Positions 25,671-39,984 are shown, counted from the first letter of the stretch. The stretch is DNA of 64,000 nucleotides from Marsupella aquatica (GCA_973895155.1 OZ316897.1:9943832-10007831); one strand, 5' to 3'. Program-made: numbers and translations. Notes: generated from the sequence alone by a model not told the origin.

Positions 25671-28600
25671 AACTGAAGAAAGCTTTTGATGCAACAGAAT
25701 CCGCGACAGTCCGCCACGCCGTAAATACATCCCATCGTGACCGTGGAAGCGAGACAGATCTCGAGAAAGGAGGGCGACGAAAGTCATCAACGTTCCTGTT
25801 CCGGAGGAAAATCCCTGTCGGTCGAAGAACGATCCGTGACCACATTTCCATCTCATTGCGTCGAACGTAAGTAAACCCCGGATTAAACAGGCTGACATCT
25901 CTGTGAGTTCTTCCTAAAACCTCGAAACCTTGAGAATTCATGGAGAAAAATCAGCTCATGACTCTGTCTAAGCCATCATCTCTAGGTCGTGCTTTTTAGT
26001 TGATCAAATCATGACTTGACCGAGAATATAGACATTTTGTGATAATTAATTAACGCATCTGTTCATGAGCTTGAGCGGAAATCGAGAGCTTTGGAAGCAA
26101 ATCGTCGTCTTGGAGACTCTGAACGCACCTCTCACTAAAACCGTCACACACGAAGTTGTGTAGTTGTAATTGTTCACATGAACAACTTCTGAAGATCATG
26201 TGAAGGATTACAAATACACAACTTCGTGTGTAATCACATGATCCATGAGTAATTACATGGCTCTTCTGTTTGCTGACCTCCACAAGGAACAACTCAAGAT
26301 CCCTTACTATGATCTATGCAACTGAAAATTTGGATAAACCTGATCAGTGGCTAAGTTCTGATCTAGTCCTGGAAGCTTCGACACTGTCTCGACCCATCGT
26401 CTCCCAGCTGCCAGTTGCGATGCTTCCGGAATCGTTCTGAGGTAGGAACACGTCGCCAGGAGTTGCAGCACAGCACGGCTTCCAATTTCTTTGGGCACTA
26501 ATTGCTTTAAGTTGATGATAATCTTGATTGAAGTTCTGCGATGTGATTTTGTTTGATCAAAATCGACTCCACCACGATAGTCACCCATCCCCAAAAGTTT
26601 GTAGGACAAAATAACATTTGTGAAACGTTAAGATGATCAGCCACGTCAGTGTTTTATTTCTACTGACTTCCAATTGGTGATATTTTGAACCCGTCCTTCA
26701 CCTTCATGCGTCCTTCACCTTCATGCCGCACCGAGTATTTGAATCGTGTTTACTCAACGTAATTTGGACAGCCATTGCAGAGTGGGGCCTTCAACTGTGC
26801 CAACCGGAACAATCAATTGCAACCCTTCACCTTCGTGAGTAAGTTGGCACATCAGAGTGGTCGCCATGAGGTTCTTCTCTGATGTTGAAAGGTGTCGTAC
26901 CCAGTCTCGATTACGTGCCTGCTGTCCAGGCATAAGAGCAGGGAAGATCTCAAATGATGACGGTGTGGATGATCAAAAGCTTACAAGTATTCATTGCAGA
27001 AGCGCACTTCATAATCGAGCAGCACAGTGGACACACCTGATGTATATAATACGCATATTTGTGCATGTGAGCTTCAATGCTCCGATCCATTATTCGGATA
27101 TTGACTGCAATGTGGTGCGTTTTATTGATATTGATCAGTCAGTTGCAGGAAATGCACCCACTAGCAGCTGACATACCCTTGTCTGCAAGTAAATGAATGA
27201 CTTGACGTGCACGCGTCAAATGGATTGGTCCCTTTGATTGATTGCTCCATAGAATTAAATCCCCGGCCAATAATGCGCTCGATATGAAACGCTCACGATT
27301 AACAAGTAATGAATTCAGAGATATCTTCCTAGGGCGACATGATTATTACTTGTTTCTCTCTTGCTGCATAGAAAAGATCATTCACATAAAAGAAAACTCG
27401 GCCACGAGATTTACATGAAGAACGTCATGAGTCATGACTTATCGACGAGCCTGATCAGTTCTCTGCTCTGATCCGGCCCGGCCAGCGAAAGTTGTGTGGA
27501 GTCATTAGTGAGTTGATGAGCAATCCCAAATCATGAACACCTCGGTGCAGAATGAAAACAATCTCTCCGTGTAACAACTCGCGAGCGCGTGGCATTCAAA
27601 CGCTTCAAATGCTAGCAGCATCTGACCGCATGACCCTAACGGCAGCGAAGACGTCCAGTGTAAGTCTCTCTGATCACAATACTCACATATTTGCTACCTC
27701 TTGTATCGGCGAGCCAGAAAGCGTTCCGCATTTCAGGCTTTCCAGGTCTGAGCGTATTGTGCAGCCGGAGAATGATGTCCCAATCAGCTAACTGCACAGT
27801 TAGTTCCTCAACAAACAACTGTTGCCTGCCAGTCTCGTCTGACATAGCTCATGATCGAAACGCCAGCGGCTAAGTTTTCCGGGCAGGCATGTTGCTCTCT
27901 CTAACACTGCAAATTCTCCAGGACATCTTGATCCCTTACCAAATTAGTTGAGCTGATTTATGCACTTGCAAAATAGGTGATCTGTCGCATCTTCGACAAC
28001 CGCACGTACTTTACCACACATGGTTTCTCGCCTCGTGGCTGCCATAAATGTCATCGGCAGCTTTCAGCTAGTTTACAGTTTCGCTTCCCGAAAAAGCCCG
28101 TCAACAAGAAATCAATTCAGTCCAGCGAAAACTGGGCCGCACTTTATGCTTGATAATTGTGTTCAGATCCCCAATACCTTGTGAACAGTTATATGCGGCG
28201 CAGATGACGAACTCCATTACGAACACACTTCTCCTCCATCATGAGATCTCCCATCCTCCAATCATGAGATCTCCCATTCGAGTCATCACAAGTAACACTC
28301 GTTTCAGTCTCAATGATCGAAGCACAGGTCAGATCTAGGGTTTCTTCTATCGTCCGTTCATCATTCTGGCGATGATTGATACATGTTAAGATTCATCAAG
28401 ACATCATGTTTGCGTGCTTTACAGCCGAATTTGCTTTACAGCCGAAATTTCATGATTGATACATTCTGCCTACAATAATCTAACGCACCAAGACCACTAA
28501 CACTCGATGGAAAGCTCTCCACGATCGAGTCCAGAAAATTTAGGCGGAGCTACACATACAAATTACGTCAAGTAACAGCTGACCGGGGTCCATGAAAGGG

Positions 28601-31600
28601 CCGAAGCTCCAACCACAAGATCGGAGCGCACGATCCGTGCACAATCTTGCACGTAAAAGTCAAATCCAGGATAGCTCAGTGGTGCCTCACTGCCTCATGA
28701 ACTGACCTCAATAGAATGTCTCTTTCCAAGCGTGTTACGGCACTCACCCGTACTTTAACCACCTGGGGACAGACTGATGATGACCTTCATGATGATGAGG
28801 CGGCCTACCGAGCAAAACAACCAGCCGTTAATCAATAATACCACTCTGATGTTCGTGCAGCCAAAACAGTCAGGACGTGCATTTATTGACTTAACTACCC
28901 CGTGACATGATCGAACTTTCGAAGCCGAAAACCACTCCGCAGAATAAAGACAGGGAGAATGTTGGCGAGCGTCTTGGATTGGGCCTGGCGACCTCCGTCA
29001 TCCAGTCTGTGTCCAGGGTGTGGTGGCTCGCTTGCTTTAGGGTTTCAGCTTTTCAAGGCCCCACTTTACATAAATTATCCCTCATTGGAAGGAAAGGGTC
29101 AGAGCTTTCACGCCTATGTCTGACTCCACAACACAGTGTCTAATACATCATCTTGAACGATGAACACAAAAGTTGATTTGGACAGTACACGAGAGACTTT
29201 AGTCAACCCTGACCTCACGGAGTTGAAAGCTGCCTGCCAAGCTGGCCAACTTTAGTAAAATGGATCTCACCACGAGTGGCGATCCGGGAGAAGCGCTGTC
29301 TCCCATCCCAAAGGTGCATCTAAGATCGCCACTTTTGCTCTTGCAGCATTGATGAGAATAGCAATCACGGGTAGAGTATTGGAGTTGCCAAGGAGCGCAT
29401 GTCCACCCATGACCTAAGAACAGTAGCTCGGATGGAGCCCCTCGCGCAATGTGCTCACCAATCCCTAGCTGGGATGCGGTATCTGTCTGTCTGAAGAATG
29501 ATAGCTAACACCCTCTACTGCCATACGTTTCAGAACGAAACCCAAAAAAAGCTGGAGGAATTAAAAGATTCAGATGAAGAAATCCAAACAAAAATTTTCG
29601 AGTGAAGCTCCATCAATTACTCGGATTCTCAGAAGTTAAGTCGTGAACCCGCCCTCCCTGATAATTGAGGGCATGCAACTTGTGCTCATCATGCATGCAA
29701 TTATAGTTCATCGCCAGCGGTGACGCGATACTTAGATGGAAACTAGAGTTCGTAAGAATTGCACGCGAGGGGCGCCGGCCGGTGGCGACTGGAGTACGGT
29801 AATGGCGTCCTCTTTCAGCTTTCTTACAACGTTGCTGTTCTTACTCCAGCACTTCGTCAGTAATGATTGAATTCTTCATCGATTGCTTACAGAATAGATT
29901 ACTTTCCTTCGCCAACTCGGCAGTGTAGAAACATGGTAAGTCTTCCCAATTCTTTCAGCTCGGGCGCCCGTGACTAGGTGAGTAGATTAAATATGTAACC
30001 CTGCTGCAGCCAAAGTTGATACGCATGTGGACTCTAGGACTGTGACAGATTGTTTTCCATAGGTGACACTTATGCATGCAAACGAGGAAATCTCAAGAGC
30101 GGCACCAGTGAAGAACGATCTCCCTATCTTTAAAACTCATTTCCCCAAAAATTAAATCTTAAGAACAATGAATGGTATCACGTGAACGAGACACATGCAC
30201 ATCGCCGATCTCTGAATGGGAGAAATCAGAATGTCACATGGCAAGCTCTGGAAGGGGAAACTGTCGATCGCATTTCTGAAAAGCCGATTGAATGGAACGT
30301 ATGGAATGGCAGTCAGTCAGTCAGCTTCATTTTGGATAGCTTCCAATCCTGATCGTGGTATGCACTGTGCCGGGTTCGATGGAGCCGATGACCACGACGA
30401 TTCGCTTACTTGTCAGTTTCTAAGACCAGAAGTAAGACGAGCGATCCTCCTTGACGGCCCCACAATCATGTACACTGTCCGCCAGACCTTGAAGATCTCG
30501 GACAGCGCTAGAAACGGGAGGAGCATCCCTCGCCTTGCTTGCGGTCTCAACAGCTGACAGCGCTGTAGTACTTCTCGCCATGATCCAGTAGGAAAGCAAT
30601 CAAAACCCCAAAACACAAATACCATCCAATTGGCTTTTCATTCGCATCCCTCTCTACTCGAAGCAAACTCTGCTCCGCATAGCTCATCGATCGAGAGATA
30701 GAACAACACTCAGTTTACAAAATTCCCCATTGCTCAGATCACCGGGCCTCATGAGTGCTTTTTTTCTAATCCAATGTCCTAGATCTTTAACAGAGCACCT
30801 AGATATACGCACTCCCACTCCACAACCAGATCGTGACGGGAAGCGTCCATACTGCATTCGAATGCGTCGGAGCACGTTTCGAAGTGCACATCTTGTCCGG
30901 AAAAGTAGTTAACAAATCGTGCATTCCACAGCACACGACGATCAGAGATCTGTCGCGAATGAGGATGTCAGCTAACCTGTCATGTCGGCGTGGCTATCTC
31001 AAATGTGTATCTATTAAAAGCCGCACAGGCCGCAGCCTTCGCTTAGACTCACGACGTACGCAAACGCACTGACGCACATAAAATGCGGAACCAGATCGTT
31101 CCAACTAAAGTCCAGTCTGCAGCACTGTTTCGATCTAGTAGAGCAAACATGGCTTCAGTTGCGCCAACACGCACCTAAGTACCATAGGTAGGCCATGACT
31201 CTCCTTTGGCATCATGACAATGTCATCATATCCGTTGGAAGAGATCAGAAGTCACCTTCGGCATTTCAACGACACAACCACATCGATTACTCTACAGGCT
31301 TGGCAGCCAAGAGAGGGAGGAAGGCTCTTTGAGACGCATCCAGATCTACGATAGACATCCCAAATGCACCTACCGTGCACATGTACGCAATCATAAGTAG
31401 CTCCAGCATCCAATCTGCAAACGAATTCCGAGTGAACACGTCCTAAACGTGCACACCTCGTGTAGTGAAGTACCAGAGTCCAGAAGCCTCGCGAGCGCAA
31501 ACAGTAGCAGAGCGCGCGATCAGAAGATTTCAACGATAGTACTGAGGTTGGACAGCCTTGATGCGTCGGCCGGTGCAGCTAGTTCACGTGAAATCGGGAT

Positions 31601-33635
31601 CTAGTACAAACCTTTCAGAGTGCGGTGCGATGCGGGTAGTGTGTGTGTGTGTGTGTTGTGTCTGTGTACGCAACCGCAATCACAAAACTAAATTGTACCG
31701 TAGATTGAACTGAAGCCCAATCTGCACTGCAAGGGCATCCCAGCACAACCCTCCATTCAAGTAAACGAGTGAACGCCTTGCCAGAGGGCATGTATCATGT
31801 ACCCAACATGTCGTGCACTCAGCAATTTGCAAGGGGGCTATGAGAGAACTTCGGTACCACAGTACAGGCGACCCTGCTTTAGTCCAGATGTGGCCGGCAG
31901 GAAAGGTTCCCGCTCATGTGGATTGCATCACAGACAGACCGAATGCGGTCAGTCATCCCGGCTAGGAAGGCTAATCAAGCGAACCAAGCCCAGCAAGCCA
32001 AGAGTGGTGGTGGCACTGGAGAGATCATCTCTCCTGGAATCCTCCGCTATAGATCTCAGTCTAATGTTTGTTGCTTCTACTATTCTCTTGCGCTCTCTCC
32101 CTCTCAATCTCTCCCTCTCTCCGTGCCCTCATGCGTCTGCAGGTAGGTATCACGTGATCGTGATGCCACAGCCCTAAATACCGAGCGAGCCGATCGATCG
32201 ATCAATCAGTCACTCACTCACTCTCTCTAAAAAGGGTTTCATGACTTGGCTGGCCCTATGAGACCTCTCGGCAATATAAATGGCTCTCCAGACGAGACTT
32301 TCTCCCTGTGTGGCCCCGGCTCATGGCAAGGGCCCTAGCTAGCAAGCTGGTCCCCGTCACTTTAAATCACATTCATGAATTGTCGCCTGGAGAGTACAGT
32401 GTACATACATGTATTGTGGGCTGGCCTTTCTGCCATCAATCAAACGTCCGCACCCGACGTAACCGAAAGTTACCATGAAAGGACGATCGATCACATCTGG
32501 GGCCCTGGAGGAAGAAACTCATCTGGTAGAGTTGTTTGCTCGACTTCGGATGGATGGATGCGCTGTGTTAACACAGCAGGCTGCCCGCCTTCCTTAAATC
32601 CCGTGGGAGACACGGCTGAGCTCTCAAAATTAGGTCCCAAGGTCAGAGAGAGACGGCTGGGCTCTCAAAAGACCAGTCACCAGTGGGACAACCGCATGCT
32701 TTTCGGCAGCGTTCACTTACCAACCATTCCATAAATTCGGGTATGTCGTAGCAATGTGAGTGGCGGAGTTCGTTTGTGCGTTCTATGATTCCATCCCCGT
32801 CTTCCGTGCCCCCAAGAGGCGGAGAGTGCTGTCAGCGGTTACCTAATAAACTACTTTGCAGTAAGTTCTTGCCCGGCAAAAAGTACTCCTCCAAGAATAC
32901 TAATAAAGCTCTTAAGATCTCGGTAGGTGCCGGTACTGCACAACTGATGAAATGGATGTGCGTCCTTGCACGTCAATCATCTGTCACAGATATCATGAAC
33001 TCATTAAGGCTTTTGAGACCAGTTCAAATCTGTCCCCAAGCCTCCTCCCTCGCGAAGTTCTCAAGACGGCTCACCACAGCTAGCTACGGCCACGCCCACC
33101 TTCATGATCATCATCAATTCTACATTCTCGTTGTTGATCTGAATGAGAATATTTACTTTGCCACTTCTTATCTATCTAGCTCTAGAGTCCAGTGATCTGA
33201 CCATCTGAGAGAGCTATCCCCCAAGTTAATGAGCTCTCATCCGTGCCGCTTGGGCACAATCATCTGGGTACTTTCTCCTGAACGAAAATATACCTCAGAA
33301 CTTCAACGTCGTTGCTTCCCTGTAACGAGCAAACTATGCACGGCCTCTAAGACGTCGGCAATCGTGTCCTTTAACGGCGTCCTCTCCTGGGAAGGGCGCC
33401 CAACATTATTTCCATCCCAACACCAGCCTTAAATTTGTCTGCTGTCATTAATGCTATCGCAACCAAATCCGGAAGTGCCACCCAATCTTTTGCTCCATCC
33501 ATCTGTCACTTGGCAAACTCCATCGATGGCTCGACCGAACTGTCTTCGGTAGTAGTACATTATTGAGTACTGCAATTTGGAGACACTCTAAACAGGTAAT
33601 TCTTTGCAAGCAGGGACGACGCAAACATCTCTATG

Positions 33636-33670
33636 CCAGACCAGACCAGACCAGACCAGACCAGACCAGA
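33636..33670. repeat. (CCAGA)7 microsatellite
   Basis: Perfect pentamer repeat. Confidence 0.95.
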
Positions 33671-36600
33671 TCGAGCGGAGATGGTCTCGCTGCCACCGCC
33701 GATTAGATAAACAAATCATCCACTCACTCGTGCAGTTCCATCCTCAACCTCCAAAACACCAAGAGACTGATGAGCAACTTCTCTGGGTGGATCCGCTATC
33801 CGATTTCCCGCTGGATTTGGTTGGGTCGTGGCGGGCGATTGGCCACCTACTAAGGGATAGGCACAGGCAGCTCTCCAAGCTGGTGGTGGTCCCATTTATG
33901 ATGCTGCTGCTGATGGAACGGATGGACGATAAAGAACTGGACAATAAACAGCAGGTCGCTTCTCGCGAGAAGGCAGCCATGCCGTGACCCCGTAAAGAAT
34001 ATATAATCACGACGCACACAGCTCACGAACCTGGCCGGGGTTGGGTTGAGGGGGGCGGGGCGCTTGAGTAGTTGAGTCACTGGACTGGGCTGGCCCCATC
34101 GTCGTCTGGTGCGACTGATGAGAGACGTGCATCCCTAGAGTGAAAAGACGTTTGCTGTAGATCTCCTGCACGGCCTTGTAAAAAGACAATCCTCCACCGT
34201 TACAAAACGACGCAAACCTTTCTCTTCGCATCCTTTCCTGTCATTTTTCCTAAATCTTGTCGCCCGAGCTGACTCTTTCTTCCTTTTTGGGAAAAATCTG
34301 CTGCCCTCCCACAGCTGGCAATTTTCTTTCGCTCATTTCTAAATGAAGACATGTAGCCAGATGCCCGCCAGCTTCTTTTGCCCAATTCTTTATGTTGTTG
34401 TGGCCCCAGCAGCAGACGCTGGCACTTTTTCCCCCAATTCTAAATCCTGATTTGTCTGCTGGGGTCCTGGGCCGGCTCTTTCCCCAATTCTTAATCTTCT
34501 GCCCGCCTGGCTAGCTCCTTTCCCCAATTATCCTTCGTCTAGCTGAATGAAGCCGGCTGCCTGTCTGGCTTCAAAATTTGCTGACCCACCACACCACACC
34601 ACAGCGCTCTCGCTAATCACAAGCAGTGTGCTGCCTTTCTGGTCACCCTTTCCCTCTCCTCCCGTGAGTTAGATATTAGATCTCAAATCATCCAGGCAGT
34701 CACATCACCAACTTTCCAAAACCCATCTCATTAGCTTCATTCGAATCCGCCTTTCCTCTCAATCACCGTCTGGCTGGCGGCCAGCCGTCTCATTAGCTTA
34801 CAATCTTCTTTTCCTCCCACCCCATCTACCCGAAATTTGTGGAAGCTGTCGCCCAGCCGCTGGATTCTTCTCCCTTTCCTCTCTAATCAATAATTCTTTA
34901 CTCCCTCGATCTGGGAATGGAGCTGACTGATTGATTGACTGACTGACTGCCTTCCTCGCCGAGTCTTCAGTCCTTCTTCATCAATCGTCACTACTATTAA
35001 CCCACGAAACTATGCTCACTCACCTCCACTCAAGCCCTCCTTCCCTCCCTAGTCCCTCCACACATCCCTTCCCAGTTCCCAGTAGTCTATTCCAAACCAC
35101 CATAGCCTCCTCCATTCCAGTCAGTTCCCAATCCCTGAATCCAAGCATTGTACCGTAGACTCCTCGATTGCAAATCTAAACCGCATTGCAATTAATAAGG
35201 TGCCTCGATTACGGTACTTGCTTTTTCCTGCCCGGGTTGGGGTTGGTCTGGGCTGCTGAATTTCTTCTTTTGCTTTCGATTGCATCATTCTGACCGATCG
35301 ACCCACTGGCTCGCTCCCTGGCTGGCTGGGTCCGTGGCTCACTCAGCTGGAATGACGGATCCTACATACGGTACGGTACGGTAGCACTTCACCCCTACGT
35401 ACAGTCGTTTCATACTGTTCACGTACCGTTGTATATCATAGATCTACGGATACGGGAATTGGGATTTGTAGAGTACATCCATACATAGGGCATCTCAAAC
35501 CTCACCTTCCGCGAAAACCCCGCAGATGGGGTTTCCCGGCAAAAGCTTTGGCACCGGTGACACTTTTTGGCAATTGTCCAGCGGACATGAAAAGTGTAAT
35601 GGGGGTCTGGTCTGGGTTACTAGCCTATAATCCTATGATTTCCAGGAAGCTTGTTTGAGCTTTCTTGGAGCAATGTTGAGTCTAGAACCCCTGCCCAGAC
35701 ATCCATTATAGTACTTCATTAGTAACCGGAAAAAGGTTACTACGGAGCAGGAGATTATGTGAATAACAGGTGCCTTCAAAAATGGTTACACACCAATAAC
35801 CTGCATTTCATTCATAAATTACATTATTTGACAAGGGTCATGCCATCTCCTTAGCCAGAGTCAACAGGGTTGGTCAGGTTCCCGAGGAGAAATGTGCAGG
35901 CCCTGGTCAGAGTGCCCAGCCATTTTCAGCCCAAAGACCATGTAAAGTCTGCAGGGCACCTAACATTTGAGACACCCTAATGGAATCATGGCACATGTGA
36001 CCCTCCTAAGCAGCTTACTCTTGAGCTTTATCATGATGCTTGTCAGTTGCTTTTCTCCTCTTGACTTTAGTTCCTTTCCTATTGTGGAAGACATTATTAT
36101 TTCCAGCACCAGTATTTTTCCATTCCAGTCCTTTATCCATTGACAACTTCCAATGTTGTCCTACTGGTTGTCCTCAAGCCCTAAGAGAGTACTGAGACCC
36201 CACTTGCATTAGAACCAGTGGTAATAATAATTGAAGCTAAGCATAATAAGAAGAAAATAGGGGGTCTACGTGTAGAGACAGCATAGAAGAAGAGTTGATC
36301 TCACCACACAACTCCAACCAGTGAATAGGGTGTGTCAAAGCAGGGCAGTATCTGAGTTACAGCCAAGGCCATAAAAGGCTTTTATGGTCAGGACAAAAAT
36401 GTTACCAGCAATCAAAATATGTGCCCCATATAAATATGAAGGTACATCCAAGACTTTCAGCCTCAAGACCTAGCGCCATGACACGCTCGAATAGTCTGTT
36501 TGACTATACAAATTACATGATTACTAAATTTTGAAGCTGCTATATGGTGAATATACCTTTCAGATTATGCTTTATTAAAAAAAATTATGTCATGTATTTT

Positions 36601-37813
36601 TCTTCACTTTGCCTTATCAAGGGGCATCCTTTGTATCATATAGATTTTTTATTCACTTTTGGACCCCTTCAATTTTTGGTATCTTAGAGAATTTTGAACT
36701 CATTTTGGGACCTATCTCTTAGATTATCCAATGACTTTAATTTCTATCACTTCTCATATGAGAGAGAAATGATTCTGAATACCGTGAACATATAGTGTCT
36801 TACGATTCCCCTAATGGCTTCTTTCCTAAGTTTATACTTATTATTGAATTGAGCGTCATTAATAAGGCACATTGAGTTAATAAGTGAACACATCGTAGCA
36901 CCTTTGTGTCAGAGCACTTGACTTGATTATACTTTTCATTGGTCGATATCTTTGTGTCATACAACTTGACTTGACTTTTCATTGGTCACTTATTATATGA
37001 GTTTTTTTTGCATATGCTCTATTTATATTATTTAATCCACTTACATATCACTACAGGACACAATATCAAGCATTTTCTAGGATGAGCATGCTATATACAA
37101 AGAAGAATAAGAATATCATGCAGGACTAGCACCAGCCCATTTTGAGTAATAGGCTGCAGTAGGGTGAAATTAAAGAAGCCAGATTTAATTCGATTCTATA
37201 GAGCTACTTTGTCGTGACTCTTCTGAATCTTATGGCCAGCCAAATTGAATTACTTAGTGTGCTTGCTTGCCTGGCCCTCTGTTTTTCTTAAGTAGTTAAG
37301 GTGCATCAAGTTCTGAGATTTTAGACCCCCTAGTAAATTCATAAACAGTTGTATAATTGGCTCATGCCCACTGGTCTCTTTGTGAATATCAGCAAAGTCC
37401 TGTTTGAATGACATTGTGGGTTATAATGCCCCCCAACAGGAGAGCTTCAGGTTGAGTTTGGAGGGGCTATTATTGCCCATAATGCTCTATTAACAGGTTC
37501 TTAAAACACTGAATGGCCTAATAGATTTTAATTTTATTTAAATTTAAGTAAAACTAGAGGAGAATTCTCATAAATAATGAGCCTATCCAAATCTTGAGAC
37601 GGCATTCTTGTCCAATAGTGCCTTGTAATTAAAAAGTGAAAAATCACAAAGGGCATTGAATATATAGTAACACCCTGGTAAGGAATTGTGGACCCTGAGC
37701 AACAAATACAAGGAGTTTAGCTCAAGTTATGAGGGCTGTTATTGCCCATAAATTCCTCATAGCAATTCATTAGTGCACTTTATGGTCTAAAAGACTCTCT
37801 AAAAAGATTGGAG

Positions 37814-38148
37814 TGTTGAGTAAAACTGTCATTACTCATATGCCACGATGCACATATGCAATATATATTCAAGTAGTGAACGCATGACATACATGCATGG
37901 TTCACGTTACCTTCATACAAACACACAAGAAAACCTTACTTAACTCTAAGCCCATAGAAAATATCAAGTCTCCATAGAACTAAGCTCTTTTTATCTCCCA
38001 ACTGGCTCCGCACGTAAGAGTGAGTCTAAGTTCCACCCACTAACTACTTAAGCGGAAGTAGTGGTTGCACATCTAACTGTAACCAAGCACCTGACTACAA
38101 CTCAACTAACTGCGGTTATAAAAATAGCTCTAGAGCTAAAAGTTAAAA
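37814..38148 (-). mobile_element. Old degenerate copia LTR related to 61303-61646
   Basis: Starts TGTTGAG like the reverse complement of the 61.6-kb LTR end. Shares TGGTTCAC, AACACAC.AGA, AAGCTCTYTYTATCTCYCAACTRGCTCCG, TAACCAAG and CTCTAGA.CTAA.AGT in collinear order. Confidence 0.6.
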
Positions 38149-39984
38149 GGAGGGGTAAGTTTCATGGTACTTACCCTGATCCATATTTGGACTACCCTTT
38201 CTTCTCCTTAAAACACCAGAAACAAAAAGAGCAAATAACAATGGCATTAATAATATTGTAACTCCCTGTTTCCATAGCATTGTGGGATTTTATGCCCCAG
38301 AATACATAGCTTAAGCCCAAGTTTTGAGGGGCTATGATTGCCAATAATGTTTTGGTAACATGGAGTTAATGCACTTCAAACCTTGAGTAACTATTTTGAT
38401 TTTTTTGTCCTCTCTTCATAGTAGATGACAACCCCAAATTTCATCCAAAGTTTAGATTTCACTTTTCTTACGAAGGGAGTAGTAGAGAACAAATCTCCGA
38501 AATAATGCCCTTGCAATTGCCGATGGGCACTCTCTTCCATAAATTACACAAAAATGCAAAGAGAGAAATCTTGAAGGGATTTAAGAATCTACTTAATGGC
38601 TTACCATTTGCTACTGTATCATGATTCATGAATCTCCAGGCAAAGTTTTACAAGAAGCATAGAGACGAGGCCTGGGGTTCCATGCATACCTTTGCCCTCA
38701 ATTAAGTGCAAAAACAATTGCCCCTTGCTACGTTAGTGATTTGGAATCTGGAAGCAACGTTTTCACTTTAGTTATTGTATTTTTGTTGAGGTCTGATGAC
38801 AAGTAATTAAAGATTGGCAACTTTCAATTATCCAGGCCAGCATTTATTTCATTTTAACATTTTTTGTCTAGAAAAATTATTTTTAAAATCAATTTTTGTT
38901 TCATGGAGCTTAAAACGTACCTTAATGAGATAAATGAGAACTAATTAATTTCAAAATGTGAGTGTAAAGATTCCAATATAATCTAATACATAATTTAAAA
39001 GCATTACTCCCATAAAAACAAACTTTGGTTCTTGTGTCACATTACAATTGTACTTTCTGAAATAATTACAGTGTTCCTAGTGGAGGGTGTACAGTCCTAT
39101 TAGAGGACAAAGACTTCATTATTATTCCTATTACTGGACATAGTATGTTACCCCCTATAGGATAGTGTCAAAATCTACGTTAACTTTTTATCCCTGTACA
39201 GCTACAGTAGAATACAAACAAGTACATGGTAGTTAGGACATAAGGACCACTCTGTGTCTTAGTTTGAGTTTTGACATTATTATATATAAACCATAGCAAA
39301 AGAACAAATAGCTCGTTACTTGCAGGCCGGATCCCAAAGGCCAAAAACCCACTTAGAGAAGGAAAACACTGAAAAAACAAGGAAAACCCAAGAGCCAACA
39401 AGCCCAAAACACCATTGTGTAATAACTTATATTGTACCTACAAATAAGGGGCTATTACAAGAACTCAAAGATATAGTAGCTAGTCAAATGGGCAAACATG
39501 CAGAACGTCACTTTTCATGAACTTGGACACACATGCTAGTCATGGAATTCGATTACCCTACCACTTAGCTTTGGTGTCGCTTACTGCGACATCGAGCTTG
39601 CCTATGGTCTACGCCCCCGGAACGGCCATCTGATGGTGTCTCCAAGTGAGCCAGGGGTGAGCTCAAATCGTGAAGCGTCGCGGTCACGCTACTAAGAGAA
39701 AATATCCACGTACAAAAAAAATTATAACTTTTCAACAAGAAATCTGTTAGAGTAATTCTTGGGTGCATTGGAGAGCTCTTAAGGATGACAACCCCAATGA
39801 CGACATTCTTCTAAGTTCAACTGGGTCTAGGGTGGCTTTTAGCCCAATACATAGGAATGAAGAAGAGCATATATCAGTACTTACACAAATGTTAAGAAAA
39901 TCCTACTTGTGATGCATTGCCAAACTTGCAATAGGTCACGATGTCTAGAAAAACTCTTCAAATGAATCACTTTGGTAAAGGCGT

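Noticed and set aside
28790-28850. ATGATGA...CTGA C/D snoRNA-like pair
   Set aside because: No convincing terminal stem or recognisable rRNA-antisense element; needs snoscan or Infernal.
34011-34030. Minus-strand TCGTGAGCTGTGTGC resembling miR536 with 3 nt missing
   Set aside because: Gap in the seed region and no partner arm; likely chance.
34546-34573. GAATGAAGCC (miR166-like 10-mer) in a small hairpin
   Set aside because: Only 10 nt match and the stem is far too short for a precursor.
35900-36000. Minus-strand MLGALQTLHGLW resembling a Harbinger transposase motif
   Set aside because: The catalytic Asp is absent and the flanks are full of stops; similarity too weak.
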